In this document: one piece after another, positions 39,140-39,486 of the stretch | Layout: every line of letters begins with the position of its first letter | Numbering within the stretch: the stretch's first letter is position 1 | Virus record (IMG/VR): IMGVR_UViG_3300036717_000038 | Span: 1-39,486 of that record | DNA from: a virus | Reading direction: 5' to 3' (one strand) | DNA length: 39,486 bases | Notes under the pieces: model-generated | Database searches by the model: none | Told to the model about the DNA's origin: nothing | What the model saw: only the letters and a program-made list of their open reading frames with translations | Translations under genes and position numbers: made by a program

Positions 39140-39469
39140 ATGTCAAAACAAGAAACAATACGAATCGATGAAGTCGAGTACGTCCGCGCGGACAAGGTGA
39201 GGACGTTCGAAGGCGACATCAAAATAATCGTCGCTGATCGCGGCTTCGTGTACATCGGCGTGATGTCGCCAGTTACCGCAGAGTCGACCTTCGTCGAACT
39301 CAACAAGGCGCACAATATCCGCGTGTGGGGAACGACAAAAGGTCTTGGCGAACTGGTCAACGGGCCAACAACGTCAACAAAGCTCGATTTGGTCGGCACG
39401 CTCAAAATCCCAATGCGCGCTGTCATCTCCATCATTACAGTGGATTCCACAAAATGGAAATCACTGTAA
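39140..39469 (+). CDS. Conserved-looking hypothetical phage protein (109 aa). Its 3' end lies in the terminal repeat.
   Basis: CAGGAG lies upstream of the ATG. The segment IRVWGTTKGLGELVNGPT resembles an uncharacterised phage family I recall. The stop at 39467-39469 corresponds to 72-74. Confidence 0.65.
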   Translation: MSKQETIRIDEVEYVRADKVRTFEGDIKIIVADRGFVYIGVMSPVTAESTFVELNKAHNIRVWGTTKGLGELVNGPTTSTKLDLVGTLKIPMRAVISIITVDSTKWKSL

Positions 39470-39486
39470 CGCTGGACGGCTACGGC
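39396..39486. repeat. Terminal direct repeat, copy 2 (identical to 1..91)
   Basis: Same alignment as copy 1, with a constant offset of 39,395. Confidence 0.95.

Overview
The window is a complete, circularly closed genome of a tailed dsDNA phage. Bases 1-91 are identical to 39396-39486, giving a unit length of 39,395 bp. There are two divergent arms. A rightward (+) early arm starts at a near-consensus sigma70-type promoter (37495-37522), wraps through the contig ends and stops at 8275. A leftward (-) late arm runs from about 36168 down to 8259.

The early arm encodes small unknown proteins, a (Gly-X)45 repeat protein, a YqaJ-type exonuclease, a putative annealing protein, a RuvC-like resolvase, a J-domain protein, a separate CxxCxGxG zinc-finger protein and an Asp/Asn beta-hydroxylase-type oxygenase.

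The late arm encodes a tRNA-like element, a Gp49/Sf6-gp66-like protein, an HTH protein, large terminase and portal. These are followed by scaffold, major capsid protein and virion proteins carrying GxGYT[ST]xP modules. Next come a 1170-aa mosaic tail protein, a GNAT acetyltransferase, three large internal-virion-like proteins and a 44-unit octapeptide-repeat protein. Small fibre-like proteins and a lysis cassette (membrane protein, holin, GH24 endolysin, lipoprotein, class-3 lipase) close the arm.

I saw no integrase, repressor, DNA polymerase, primase/helicase, tail sheath/tube or obvious tape measure, so a short-tailed virion is an inference only.

The most unusual feature is about 1.2 kb (about 36169-37345) between the divergent promoters. 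It has no credible gene, many helices and tRNA-like fragments, and sits next to a non-canonical tRNA-like element. I flag it as a candidate large structured RNA but cannot assign a family without tools. All functional calls come from motif recognition by eye; no database search was run.
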